Assembly (NCBI GenBank): GCA_963816145.1
Contig: CAWFJP010000014.1
Location: 64,001-128,000, forward strand
DNA length: 64,000 nt
Direction: 5' to 3'
DNA from: an uncultured delta proteobacterium
GTDB taxonomy: Bacteria; Desulfobacterota; Binatia; UBA9968
Positions 17,777 to 27,075 of this stretch are shown piece after piece. The notes below the pieces were generated by a model, which was not told the DNA's origin, did no database searches, and saw only the letters and a list, made by a program, of their open reading frames with translations. The position numbers and the translations under genes are program-made. Position 1 is the stretch's first letter. Every line of letters begins with the position of its first letter.

Positions 17777-18766
17777 CTACCGTCGCTCCCTAAAGACTTC
17801 ATCGGTAAGCGTGTAATCCATCACTTGCGCTGCCGGCACCGGAGTGGGGATCAATTTCGCCGCGAATGCTTGATCGTAGATCTCTTGCAAGTCTTTGATC
17901 GGAATCTTGCCGTCGGTGGTGAAGCCGTTGAGCCAGGACTTGTAAGACTCTTCGGCAACCTTCGCTGAAACTTTCCACTTGTTCTGGATGTAGTTGATCA
18001 TCCAGTTTTTTTCTCGCCGATTGAAATCCATGGCTTCGAAGACAGCGCGAATGACTGTCTTGACGCCCGCCGGATCTTTTTTCAGTTTCGCCTCGTGGAT
18101 CGCCATGCCGCCGGAAGCCGAGCGCATGTTGAATTCGGGCGCCGAGGCGATTTCCCGATAGCCCTTTTGCACCATCGTAACGTTGTGCGGCAGCGACAGG
18201 ACTGCGGCGGCGACACTGCCTTGGCTGAGCGACTGGACGCTGTTCGACACCGAACCGGTCTGAATGTAGGTCACCAGATCGGGATTGACGCCTTTGCGTT
18301 TGATCAGGTCACGGGCGACGATATCTTGCAGCGTCGCCAAGCGGTCGACCGCGACAGTCTTGCCGACGAGATCTTCAGCGCGGCGGATGTCGGGATTGCC
18401 GATCAGCCAAAACAGAGTGCGATCGTGGGTCACCATGATGCCTTTGAACGGCAAGCCGCGCGCGGCGGCGACCAATGGGCCGGTGATGCCGGTCAGATAA
18501 TCGATTTCCCCGGAAACTAACGCGGAGGTCTGCACCGCGCCGGCGAGTTGGACAAGATCGACATCGAGGCCATGCTTTCTAAAAATCCCGGCGTCCTTGG
18601 CGACGAAGAACGTCAGAAAGGTTAGGCTGAAAGCCGGGTAGCCCATGCGGACTTTTTTCAGTTCTTGGGCGCCAACGCTCGTGGATGGCGCGGTTAGGAG
18701 CGATAGAAGGAATATGAAAAGAACTCGTGCTGCGAGATCTTGGCGGTGCTTTGGGAAAGTTCTCAT
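17777..18766 (-). CDS. ABC substrate-binding protein (NMT1/SsuA-like)
   Basis: GIFRKHGLDV, LVGKTVAVD, VMDYT. Confidence 0.85.
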   Translation of the reverse strand: MRTFPKHRQDLAARVLFIFLLSLLTAPSTSVGAQELKKVRMGYPAFSLTFLTFFVAKDAGIFRKHGLDVDLVQLAGAVQTSALVSGEIDYLTGITGPLVAAARGLPFKGIMVTHDRTLFWLIGNPDIRRAEDLVGKTVAVDRLATLQDIVARDLIKRKGVNPDLVTYIQTGSVSNSVQSLSQGSVAAAVLSLPHNVTMVQKGYREIASAPEFNMRSASGGMAIHEAKLKKDPAGVKTVIRAVFEAMDFNRREKNWMINYIQNKWKVSAKVAEESYKSWLNGFTTDGKIPIKDLQEIYDQAFAAKLIPTPVPAAQVMDYTLTDEVFRERR

Positions 18767-18774
18767 GGTTCCTC

Positions 18775-18905
18775 TTAGCGATAGAGCCGGTCGATGAAGC
18801 CTTCCTTTTCTATCTCGCGCACAATGCTGTCGTCAACGATATCATCGACGCCGGGTTTGCCGCGCGGGCTTGCTCCAGTTGGATGCGCATTCCTTCGCGG
18901 GTCGC
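18775..18905 (-). pseudogene. 3' remnant of an SBP gene
   Basis: DDIVDDSIVREIEKEGFIDRLYR matches SBP C-termini in this window (VIDNSLVDRLAKEGFIDKVF). Confidence 0.7.
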
Positions 18906-19000
18906 GTAGGGCGTTCGTTCGAACATCTTCGCAGTGGTGCGGTAGGCTTCGTCCTTTTGAGGATTGGTAATTTTGAATTTGCAACGAGTCCTCGCCGGCC

Positions 19001-19954
19001 CTAGCGCCTGGCGAATACCTTGTCGATGAACCCTTCTTTCGCCAACCGATCGACCAGGCTGTTGTCGATCACCTTCGGCGTCAGCGTTTCGGCATCGACG
19101 CCCTTGACTGGCTCGAATTCCAGCGTTGTGGCGACGTTGCGCGGGTCGACGCGCGGGATTTTTTCAATGTAGCGGTTGACGATGTTGTACATTTCTTCCA
19201 AGAAACCGGGATCGCTGCGTTTGAAGTATTTTTGCAGCACCTTGAGCGTGGTTTCCTTGTCGTGGTGCATCAGCGCGACCGCTTCGATATAGGCGCGCAT
19301 GGCGCGTTCGACGGTGTCTGGGTTCTTGCGCCAAAAGTCTTGGGTGACCGCCATGACGTTCATGGCGAAGGGGATGTCGAGGTCGGCGGCGTTGAGCAGG
19401 GCGCGTGCCGGCGCGCGCGGTTTTACCGCGGTCACCATGCCGGCCAACTGCTTCTGTTCGAACGCGGCCTGGACCTCGGGCGCGCCGCCGAGCGGTCGCT
19501 GGGTGACGGACTTCTCCATGCCGAGCTTGCGCAGGATGAGGGTCGTCACCGTATGCGCCGTCGAATTATATCGGGTGATGCCGAGAGATTGACCCTTGAG
19601 CTGATCGGTCCGGGTGATTTCCGGCTGGACGTACAGCGTCATCGGCGGCTTGTTAGTCATGGCGCCGATAGCGAGTACGGGTGCGCCGCGAGCGGCCGCC
19701 AGCACAACGCCGCTCATGCCCGGCGCGCTGAGATCGAGACTGCCGCCGAGCAGCGCCTGGATATTCGTTCCGCTCGAGGCGATGTAAACCAGTTGCACGT
19801 CGAGACCGTATTTCTTGAACATGCCGGTCTCATGCGCCATCCAAACGCTGGCGACGGTGGGGCCGACGACGGAGTAGGATAGGCGCAGTGGCGCGGCAGC
19901 GGCATCGGTCTGTATAGTCGCAGCTAGAATGATCGCAAGTGAGATTCGTTTCAT
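19001..19954 (-). CDS. ABC substrate-binding protein (NMT1/SsuA-like)
   Basis: GMFKKYGLDV, LKGQSLGITRYNS. Confidence 0.85.
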   Translation of the reverse strand: MKRISLAIILAATIQTDAAAAPLRLSYSVVGPTVASVWMAHETGMFKKYGLDVQLVYIASSGTNIQALLGGSLDLSAPGMSGVVLAAARGAPVLAIGAMTNKPPMTLYVQPEITRTDQLKGQSLGITRYNSTAHTVTTLILRKLGMEKSVTQRPLGGAPEVQAAFEQKQLAGMVTAVKPRAPARALLNAADLDIPFAMNVMAVTQDFWRKNPDTVERAMRAYIEAVALMHHDKETTLKVLQKYFKRSDPGFLEEMYNIVNRYIEKIPRVDPRNVATTLEFEPVKGVDAETLTPKVIDNSLVDRLAKEGFIDKVFARR

Positions 19955-20063
19955 GCCGGCGAGTGTATCCATGTCGGTAGCGAAATTCGAGAGGGAACCG
20001 TGGCTGGGCGTTTGTAATTACCGTTGTGGGTTTGTTGGCGCTTTTGGGAATTCGTACCGCGCC

Positions 20064-20135
20064 TTTCCCGATCTTGGGAAAATTATCTGTGGATTTGCCG
20101 TGGCAAGCGGATTTGCGGTGGCATCAGGGTTGCGA
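20064..20135 (+). promoter_or_regulatory. sigma54 promoter candidate with upstream palindrome
   Basis: TGGCATCAGGGTTGCG (20119; GG-N10-GC) and TTTCCC-N6-GGGAAA (20064). Confidence 0.55.
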
Positions 20136-20236
20136 TATCTGTTGGCTGGCTGCGATGAATGGTTGCTTGTGGCTCGTCTAAGCGTGGTCTCGCCAGGGCT
20201 GTGAGCACGGCGAGTCTATTATTAAGGAGAAACATT

Positions 20237-21211
20237 ATGAGAACCAAGCTGTTTAGTATCCTCGCGGGGCTGGCGCTTCTCGGCATCGTCCCGTTGAATG
20301 CTCAGGAGTACCCAAACAAAGTGATCACCATGGTCGTGCCATTTGCCGCGGGCGGACCGACTGACACGGTGGCTCGGCTGATTGGCGTGCCGATGAGTAA
20401 GACGTTGGGGCAGCAAACCATCGTTGAAAACGTCGCCGGCGCCGGCGGTACCATCGCGGCCAACCGCGTCGCCAAAGCATCGCCGGATGGATACACGATT
20501 TTGATCCATCACATCGGCATGTCGACTGCGCCGGCGCTCTATCGCAAGCTGCCGTACAATCCGATCACCGACTTCGAACCGATCGGCCTGATCAATGAGG
20601 TGCCGATGACCCTGGTGGCGAAAAGTAGTTTCCCCGCCAAAGATCTCAAGGAGTTGATCGCCTACGTCAAAGCCAATAAGGACAAAGTCAATTATGCCAA
20701 CGCCGGTCTCGGCGCCGCATCGCACCTGTGCGGCATGCTGTTTATGACTGCGATCCAAACCGACGTTACCACCGTGCCCTACGGCGGCACCGGTCCGGCC
20801 ATGAACGATCTGCTCGGCGGCCAGGTCGATTTCATGTGCGATCAGACGACCAACACGACCAGTCAGATCAAAGCGGGAAAGATCAAGGTTTATGGCGTGA
20901 CAACGAAAAAGCGCGTGCTGTCTCTGCCCGATGTGCCGACCATGGACGAGGCTGGCATGAAGGGCTTCGAGGTTTCGGTCTGGCATGGGCTCTACGCGCC
21001 GAAGGGTACGCCGAAGCCGGTTATCGATAGGCTTACCAAGGCGCTGCAGGATGCCATGAAAGATGCGACCGTCAAGCAGCGTTTCGCCGACCTCGGCACC
21101 GAGCCTGTGGAGCAAAACCGCGCGACCCCCGCGGCCCTGAGCGCGCATCTCAAAGCAGAGATCGAAAAATGGGCCCCGATCATCAAGAAGGCTGGAGTTT
21201 ATGCCGACTAA
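20237..21211 (+). CDS. tctC: TTT substrate-binding protein (Bug/TctC)
   Basis: VPFAAGGPTD, ENVAGAGG, PDGYT, VPYGGTGPA; AAGGAG RBS. Confidence 0.92.
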   Translation: MRTKLFSILAGLALLGIVPLNAQEYPNKVITMVVPFAAGGPTDTVARLIGVPMSKTLGQQTIVENVAGAGGTIAANRVAKASPDGYTILIHHIGMSTAPALYRKLPYNPITDFEPIGLINEVPMTLVAKSSFPAKDLKELIAYVKANKDKVNYANAGLGAASHLCGMLFMTAIQTDVTTVPYGGTGPAMNDLLGGQVDFMCDQTTNTTSQIKAGKIKVYGVTTKKRVLSLPDVPTMDEAGMKGFEVSVWHGLYAPKGTPKPVIDRLTKALQDAMKDATVKQRFADLGTEPVEQNRATPAALSAHLKAEIEKWAPIIKKAGVYAD

Positions 21212-21238
21212 GCGTGGCATACATTACATAGCAGTTGT

Positions 21239-21269
21239 AAAGGCCGGGTTTAGCCCCGGCCTTTTTTTT
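21239..21269 (+). terminator. intrinsic terminator
   Basis: AAGGCCGGG...CCCGGCCTT followed by T-run. Confidence 0.85.
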
Positions 21270-21355
21270 GCTTTGTTTCAATAACGGCTTGTTATACAAG
21301 GCGCATAATCGACTTGTGCTATGGGGGGTCCGTCAGTAACGCTTTGAAAATTCTT

Positions 21356-21808
21356 ATGACGCGCAATCCAAGAGATTTCTGGACTGGTTTGCTCTACATA
21401 TTCTTCGGCGCGAGCGCGATGATCATCGCTCGTGATTACAACATGGGAACGGCCGTCAGGATGGGCCCAGCTTTCTTCCCCACTATTCTCGGCGCGGTGC
21501 TCGCCGTCATCGGCGCGATTGCAGTGATTCGATCCTTTATCGCGCCCGGCAGGCCGATCGGTGGGTTTTCGTTCGAGGGGCTGGTGCTGGTCACACTGTC
21601 GGTCGTCGTCTTTGGCTTCCTCGTGCGCGGCGCGGGATTGGTGGTTGCCCTGCCGCTGCTCGTGATCATCAGCGCGTACGCGAGCACGCGCTTCCGATGG
21701 CGCATGACGCTCATCATGGCGGCGGGTCTAACGATCTTTTGCGCTTTGGTTTTTGTCAAAGGCTTGGGTATCCCGCTGCCGATCATCGGTCCCTGGTTGG
21801 GCGGTTGA
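21356..21808 (+). CDS. tctB: TTT small membrane subunit
   Basis: GTAVRMGPAFFP, hydrophobic helices, LGIPLP; between tctC and tctA. Confidence 0.88.
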   Translation: MTRNPRDFWTGLLYIFFGASAMIIARDYNMGTAVRMGPAFFPTILGAVLAVIGAIAVIRSFIAPGRPIGGFSFEGLVLVTLSVVVFGFLVRGAGLVVALPLLVIISAYASTRFRWRMTLIMAAGLTIFCALVFVKGLGIPLPIIGPWLGG

Positions 21809-21838
21809 TAGCGATCGTTAGAAACGGGCGGACAACGA

Positions 21839-23338
21839 ATGGAATTACTCGATCATCTGCTGCTGGGTTTTCAGACGGCCGCGACTCTCAGCAATTTGTT
21901 TTACTGCTTCATCGGCGTTTTTCTCGGCACGGCGATCGGCGTGTTGCCCGGTCTCGGTCCCACGGCCACCATCGCCATGCTGCTGCCGGTTACGTTCGTA
22001 TTACCGCCGGTGACGGCGCTCATCATGCTGGCTGGTATCTATTACGGTTCGCAGTACGGCGGTTCGACGACCTCGATTCTGGTCAATCTTCCCGGGGAAG
22101 CCGCTTCGGTGGTTACGACACTGGACGGTTACCAGATGGCTAAGCAAGGCAGAGCCGGAGCGGCGCTTGCGGCTTCCGCGATTGGTTCGTTTTTCGCCGG
22201 AACCGTCGCCACATTTTTGATCGCCGCCTTCGGCCCGCCGCTGGCCGCCGTAGCGTTGCAATTCGGGCCGGCGGAATTTTTCTCGCTAATGGTCCTTGGC
22301 CTAGTGGCTTCCGTAGTGCTCGCGCAGGGCTCGTTGCTTCATGCCATTGGCATTGTCGTGCTCGGCCTGCTCTTGGGTCTCATCGGTGCCGATGTCAATT
22401 CCGGCACCCAACGCTTTACATTCGGCATTTATGAGCTTGCCGATGGCATCGGCTTCGTCACCGTGGCGATGGGCATGTTCGGCCTGGGCGAAATTATTCG
22501 CAACCTGGAAAACGAAGAAGAGCGCTCGGTGATGATCAGTAAAATCACCGGGCTCTGGCCCACTCGCGAAGACTTCAAACGCATGGTTGCGCCGGTTCTG
22601 CGCGGCACGGCGATAGGTTCGATATTGGGCATCCTTCCCGGCAGCGGTTCGATCTTGGGATCCTTTGCCGCTTATGCCATCGAAAAGAAAGTTTCCAAGA
22701 ATCGAGCCGAGTTTGGCAAAGGCGCGATCGAAGGTGTTGCCGCCCCGGAGTCCGCCAATAATGCCGGCGCGCAAACATCTTTTATTCCACTGCTCACTTT
22801 GGGAATTCCGTCCAATCCAGTCAGCGCTCTGATGGTCGGAGCCATGATTGTCCACGGCATTCAGCCCGGACCGTCGGTGATCACTGAGCAGCCAGCGCTC
22901 TTTTGGGGCATGATCGTGTCGATGTGGATCGGCAATCTTTTTCTCGTCGTGCTTAACTATCCGCTGATCGGCATGTGGGTGCGCTTGATCATGATTCCCT
23001 ACCACCTACTATTCCCAGGCATCCTGGTTTTTTGCGCCATCGGAGTGTTTAGTCTTAAAAATGCCACTATTGACGTATATTTGATGGCCCTGTTCGGCAT
23101 AGTAGGCTATGTTTTTTCCAAGCTCGGCGCTGAACCGGCGCCGATGTTGCTGGCCTTCATTCTCGGTCCGTTGATGGAAGAATATCTGCGCCGCGCCATG
23201 CTGCTTTCGCGCGGCGATCCGATGGTATTCATCCGGCGGCCGATCAGCGCAACCTTATTGGCCATGTCTGTGCTCGCCATGCTATCGGTTTTAATTCCGA
23301 CGTTCAGCAAGACCAGGGAAGAAGCGTTCAAAGAATAA
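21839..23338 (+). CDS. tctA: TTT large permease
   Basis: GVLPGLG, YYGSQYGGS, GVAAPESANNA, LTLGIP. Confidence 0.95.
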   Translation: MELLDHLLLGFQTAATLSNLFYCFIGVFLGTAIGVLPGLGPTATIAMLLPVTFVLPPVTALIMLAGIYYGSQYGGSTTSILVNLPGEAASVVTTLDGYQMAKQGRAGAALAASAIGSFFAGTVATFLIAAFGPPLAAVALQFGPAEFFSLMVLGLVASVVLAQGSLLHAIGIVVLGLLLGLIGADVNSGTQRFTFGIYELADGIGFVTVAMGMFGLGEIIRNLENEEERSVMISKITGLWPTREDFKRMVAPVLRGTAIGSILGILPGSGSILGSFAAYAIEKKVSKNRAEFGKGAIEGVAAPESANNAGAQTSFIPLLTLGIPSNPVSALMVGAMIVHGIQPGPSVITEQPALFWGMIVSMWIGNLFLVVLNYPLIGMWVRLIMIPYHLLFPGILVFCAIGVFSLKNATIDVYLMALFGIVGYVFSKLGAEPAPMLLAFILGPLMEEYLRRAMLLSRGDPMVFIRRPISATLLAMSVLAMLSVLIPTFSKTREEAFKE

Positions 23339-23415
23339 TTAAAAATTTTCCCAATGGTTTGAAAGGATTTAGCGCGATCTGATAGACCCGCCTCGTCATC
23401 TTGTTAAAAAAACCT

Positions 23416-24219
23416 ATGAAATTGCTTGATAAAATTGCGCTTATTACCGATTCGAGCAATCCCTGCGGCAGGGCGATCGCCCTGGGCTTTGCTCGTGAAG
23501 GGGCCGACTGCGTTGTCTTCGATTCGCGCGCTGACACGGCCGAACAATTGGCCATGGAGCTGCGTGCGCTGGGCCGGCGCGCGGTTGGACTGGCCTGCGA
23601 CGTTTGGCGAAAAGCGCAAGTTGCTGCTACGGTAGAGCGCGTGGTGGAACAATTCGGAGGGATCGATATTTTGCTCAATTGTTCGACCGCTGACTATGGC
23701 TGCGACTTTCTGACCGTCACCGCGGACGAATTCAATCGCGCCATCGAGCAGGGTCCTAAAGCGTACTTTTTATTCTGTCAGGCGGTTGGGCGGGTTATGG
23801 CGCGGCAGCGCGCGGGCAAGATCATCAATCTCGCCAGCACCGATGCCCGGATCGGCTCCGGCGAGTCGGTGTGCACGAGTACGGCGCACACAAGTATCGA
23901 CGCATTGAGCCGCGCCGTCGCGCAATCGTTGGGTTACTACGGCGTCAACGCCAATGCACTCTTGTGCGGGCCAATGTCAGGCGCGTCGTTGAGCGCTGAA
24001 GAGCGTGGCGAACGCTTGCGGCGCATACCCTTTGGGCGGCTGGCTGAACCGGAAGACTTCGTCGGCGCGGCAATTTTTCTCGCCAGCGATGATGCCAAAT
24101 TTATCGCCGGGGAAAGTCTCTGCGTCGATGCCGGTTACGCCAACGCGGCGGTGACCGAGGATAGCTTTCGCCCCGCTTGGGGGCGGGTGTGGAGGGAGTT
24201 TACGATCCCAGGAAAGTAA
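23416..24219 (+). CDS. atypical SDR-fold protein (TSTAH in place of YxxxK)
   Basis: SDR scaffold (FGGIDILLN, GKIINLAS, IPFGR, VDAG) with TDSSNPCG. Confidence 0.8.
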   Translation: MKLLDKIALITDSSNPCGRAIALGFAREGADCVVFDSRADTAEQLAMELRALGRRAVGLACDVWRKAQVAATVERVVEQFGGIDILLNCSTADYGCDFLTVTADEFNRAIEQGPKAYFLFCQAVGRVMARQRAGKIINLASTDARIGSGESVCTSTAHTSIDALSRAVAQSLGYYGVNANALLCGPMSGASLSAEERGERLRRIPFGRLAEPEDFVGAAIFLASDDAKFIAGESLCVDAGYANAAVTEDSFRPAWGRVWREFTIPGK

Positions 24220-24267
24220 GACGATTTATTGAGGGCGTTCGCAATCACAGACGCATGGAGGTTGTTT

Positions 24268-25147
24268 ATGGGCACTAAATTCAAAGAAGTAAATACTCTG
24301 TCTTTTATCGGTCACATCGGTCCCCAGACCGAGCGGGTTTGGAAGGAAGTCGATGAAGAGATCGACATCATAGGCTGCAAAGAGAAAAAAGCTCGGCCAT
24401 GCGAGCTGATCACGCCGCTCGGCCTATTGCAAAAGGATCTTCCCGGCGACGGCGACACCAAGCAGGTGGCGATTTTTGTCAATGACGATGTGCGTATTGA
24501 GTTGATGTATTGCCGCGCCGGTAAGGGCCAAGATGGCCGTCGTCCATCCGGCTTCTGCGAGACTCAGGTGCAAGTTGCCGGTGCTCGTGTCACCAAGACT
24601 TCGGAGGGCGATTTTCCCAATGGAGGTGGGCGATCTCCTGGTCGTGCCCAGTGACGTAAGTCACGAAAACCAGGGCGACGGACCGACCGCCCGCTTGATG
24701 GTTTACACGCGTAATCCGGTGCAGATCGCGCAGACTTACCCGGTAAAGGAAAGTGTCATACCCAACAAGCAGTGTACATTGCTCAAGCCCACCACGGTGC
24801 TCGACAAAGTCGAGGAAGGCGGCTCCGGCGGCAAGCATTTCGAGTTGGTGGAAAACGCCGATATCATGATCGAAACCACCCACAGGTCCGATGCCCAGCG
24901 GATCTATCACCGCGGTTTCGGCCAAGATGAGATCGCTTTTCAATTGACAGGCCGGCGCGCGACGCGCACCGATCAGGGAGAATATATGCTCGAAACCGGC
25001 GATTTTCTTTTGATCCCGCCGGGCACCTCGCATCGTAATGTCGGTGAAATGGCGACCATCCGGATCATTCTCTACACCAGAAAGCCCGTGCGGTTGGCCG
25101 ATGAATTTATCGAGAGGGCCAGACGGGCTGGGCAGGCAGCGGCGTAG
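24268..25147 (+). CDS. bicupin dioxygenase-like protein (one frameshift near 24615)
   Basis: ORFs 24229 and 24533 join at GATTTTCCCAATGGAG; C-domain YHRGFGQDE...PPGTSH. Confidence 0.7.
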
Positions 25148-25167
25148 CGGACGATCGATTCGATTCA

Positions 25168-26160
25168 ATGCTCCCAGCGGCAAAACATCGCGGTCTTCAA
25201 TTGCTCGGCGCGCTCGTGCTGCTCTGTGCGGTCGCTTCAACAGCGTCAGCGGTCGATACCATCCGTGTGTCCTACGCCACGTTGAGCGCGGCCTACATGG
25301 ACCATATCTGCGCCATGGCCAAAGGATACCTGCGCGATGAGAATCTCGCCGTCGAAGTGATCCGCGCCCCCGGCGGCGTGGCGACGCCAGGGCTCATGTC
25401 AGGTCAGTTTCAGTTCAGTTCGTCGGCGAGCTCGTCGCTCAGCGCCGGTGTGCGCGGCGGACCGGTGAAGATCGTCTATACCAATCTGTCGCGGCCGAGC
25501 TACACCTTAGTGTCACTGCGTAGCGAGATCACCAGTGCCAAGGATCTGATCGGCAAAAAAGTGGCGATCAACAGTTTCGGCGACACTGGCCATCTGTCGA
25601 CGCTGCTGTATCTCAAGAAGATGGGCGTCAATCCGTCGCAGGTCTTGTTCATAGCCGTTGGCCGCAATGAAGTGCGCATGCCTGCGCTGGTGTCCGGTGC
25701 CATCGACGCAGCGCCGCTGGTGCCGCGTGATATGGTGGTATTGGCGAAACAGAAGCCTCAGGTGCTGGCTGACCTGGGAAAAGAAATTCAACTGGTGTGG
25801 AACGGCGTGTCGACATCGAATCGCATGTTGGCGGAAAGCCCGCAGCTGGTCGAGCGCTTCCTGCGCGCGCTCGCCAAGGGACGAGAATTTGCCCGGCGCT
25901 ACAAGGACGATACCGTGGTGCTGATCGGCAAGCATGATCCGTCGTCGGTGGATGCGATCCGGGTCGATTACGACGTGACCAAGGCGAGCATGACCGACGA
26001 AGGTTGGCTGCCTGACGACGTGTTACGCGAAGAAGTAGCGACGCGGGCGGAGCTGACCAAAGTTGCCAATCCGCCGGGCCCGGCAGCCTTGTTCGATTAC
26101 AGCTTCACCAAGCGAAATTACGCCCAACTGAAAGCGAGCGGCTGGCAGCCATCACGATAA
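25168..26160 (+). CDS. ABC substrate-binding protein (NMT1/SsuA-like)
   Basis: GYLRDENL, LIGKKVAINSFGD, LFDYS. Confidence 0.85.
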   Translation: MLPAAKHRGLQLLGALVLLCAVASTASAVDTIRVSYATLSAAYMDHICAMAKGYLRDENLAVEVIRAPGGVATPGLMSGQFQFSSSASSSLSAGVRGGPVKIVYTNLSRPSYTLVSLRSEITSAKDLIGKKVAINSFGDTGHLSTLLYLKKMGVNPSQVLFIAVGRNEVRMPALVSGAIDAAPLVPRDMVVLAKQKPQVLADLGKEIQLVWNGVSTSNRMLAESPQLVERFLRALAKGREFARRYKDDTVVLIGKHDPSSVDAIRVDYDVTKASMTDEGWLPDDVLREEVATRAELTKVANPPGPAALFDYSFTKRNYAQLKASGWQPSR

Positions 26161-26164
26161 TCTT

Positions 26165-26950
26165 ATGAAACTTGAAGGGAAAATTGCCATCGTCGCCGGT
26201 TGCAACGGCGAGTTCGGCGCCGCTATCGTACCCGGCTTCGCGGCTGAAGGTTGCGATGTCGTATGTGTCGATTATCAACAGGCCGATGCTGATGTCGCGG
26301 CGGAAAAGGTCCGGCAAAAGGGCCGGCGCGCCATGGCACTGGCTGTCGATTTGCGCGAAAAGGGCCAAGTCGAGTCGATGGTCGAGCGGGTATGCACTGA
26401 GTTCGGCCGCATCGACATCCTGGTCAATACGACGATGGCATCGCATAACCAGGAGTTTTTGAATTTCAAAGAAGAAGATTTCGACGATTCGCTGAACCGC
26501 GGCGTCAAGAGTTACTTTCTCACGTGCCAAGCGGTCGCGAGCCAAATGATCAAGCAGCGCTCGGGTAAAATTATCAATCTAAGCTCGATTGTCGGCGTGC
26601 TCGGGCCGGGGCAGGCGGCTTCGTGGACCGCCGACCGCGGCGCAGTCAACGGACTCACTCGGGCGGCGGCGCATGCGCTGGGATTCTACGGCATCAACGT
26701 CAACGGCTTGGCGCGCGGAAACACCGCGCGCAAGCCCTATAGTGCCGGCGTTCTCGAACGGCTGCGCCGCTTGCCGCTGGGCCGCACTGAAACGCCTGAA
26801 GACATGGTTGAGCCCTGCGTCTTTCTCGCCTCCGAAGGCGCAAGTTACATTACCGGGACAGTTCTCTACGTCGACGGCGGTTACACCGTCGCCGGTGTCA
26901 CCGACGATCGCTACCGTCCCGAGTGGGCGCGCAAGGGCACAGAGGAGTAG
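26165..26950 (+). CDS. atypical SDR-fold protein (WTADR in place of YxxxK)
   Basis: FGRIDILVN, GKIINLSS, LPLGR, VDGGY; AGCNGEFG. Confidence 0.8.
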   Translation: MKLEGKIAIVAGCNGEFGAAIVPGFAAEGCDVVCVDYQQADADVAAEKVRQKGRRAMALAVDLREKGQVESMVERVCTEFGRIDILVNTTMASHNQEFLNFKEEDFDDSLNRGVKSYFLTCQAVASQMIKQRSGKIINLSSIVGVLGPGQAASWTADRGAVNGLTRAAAHALGFYGINVNGLARGNTARKPYSAGVLERLRRLPLGRTETPEDMVEPCVFLASEGASYITGTVLYVDGGYTVAGVTDDRYRPEWARKGTEE

Positions 26951-26982
26951 TAGGTTCGTTGCTTAATTGATCCTGCGCGAAT

Positions 26983-27061
26983 CGTCATCGCCGCAAATGC
27001 GGGAACCAGATTTGAAGCCGCCCCACCTCCACCTGGATACCGGCTTTCGCCGGTATGACGG
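26983..27061. repeat. GTCAT-type REP doublet
   Basis: CGTCATCGCCGC...GCGGGAACCAG...CTGGATACCGGCTTTCGCCGGTATGACGG; same family as the MITE core. Confidence 0.75.
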
Positions 27062-27075
27062 AAGGTCTTTTTAGC

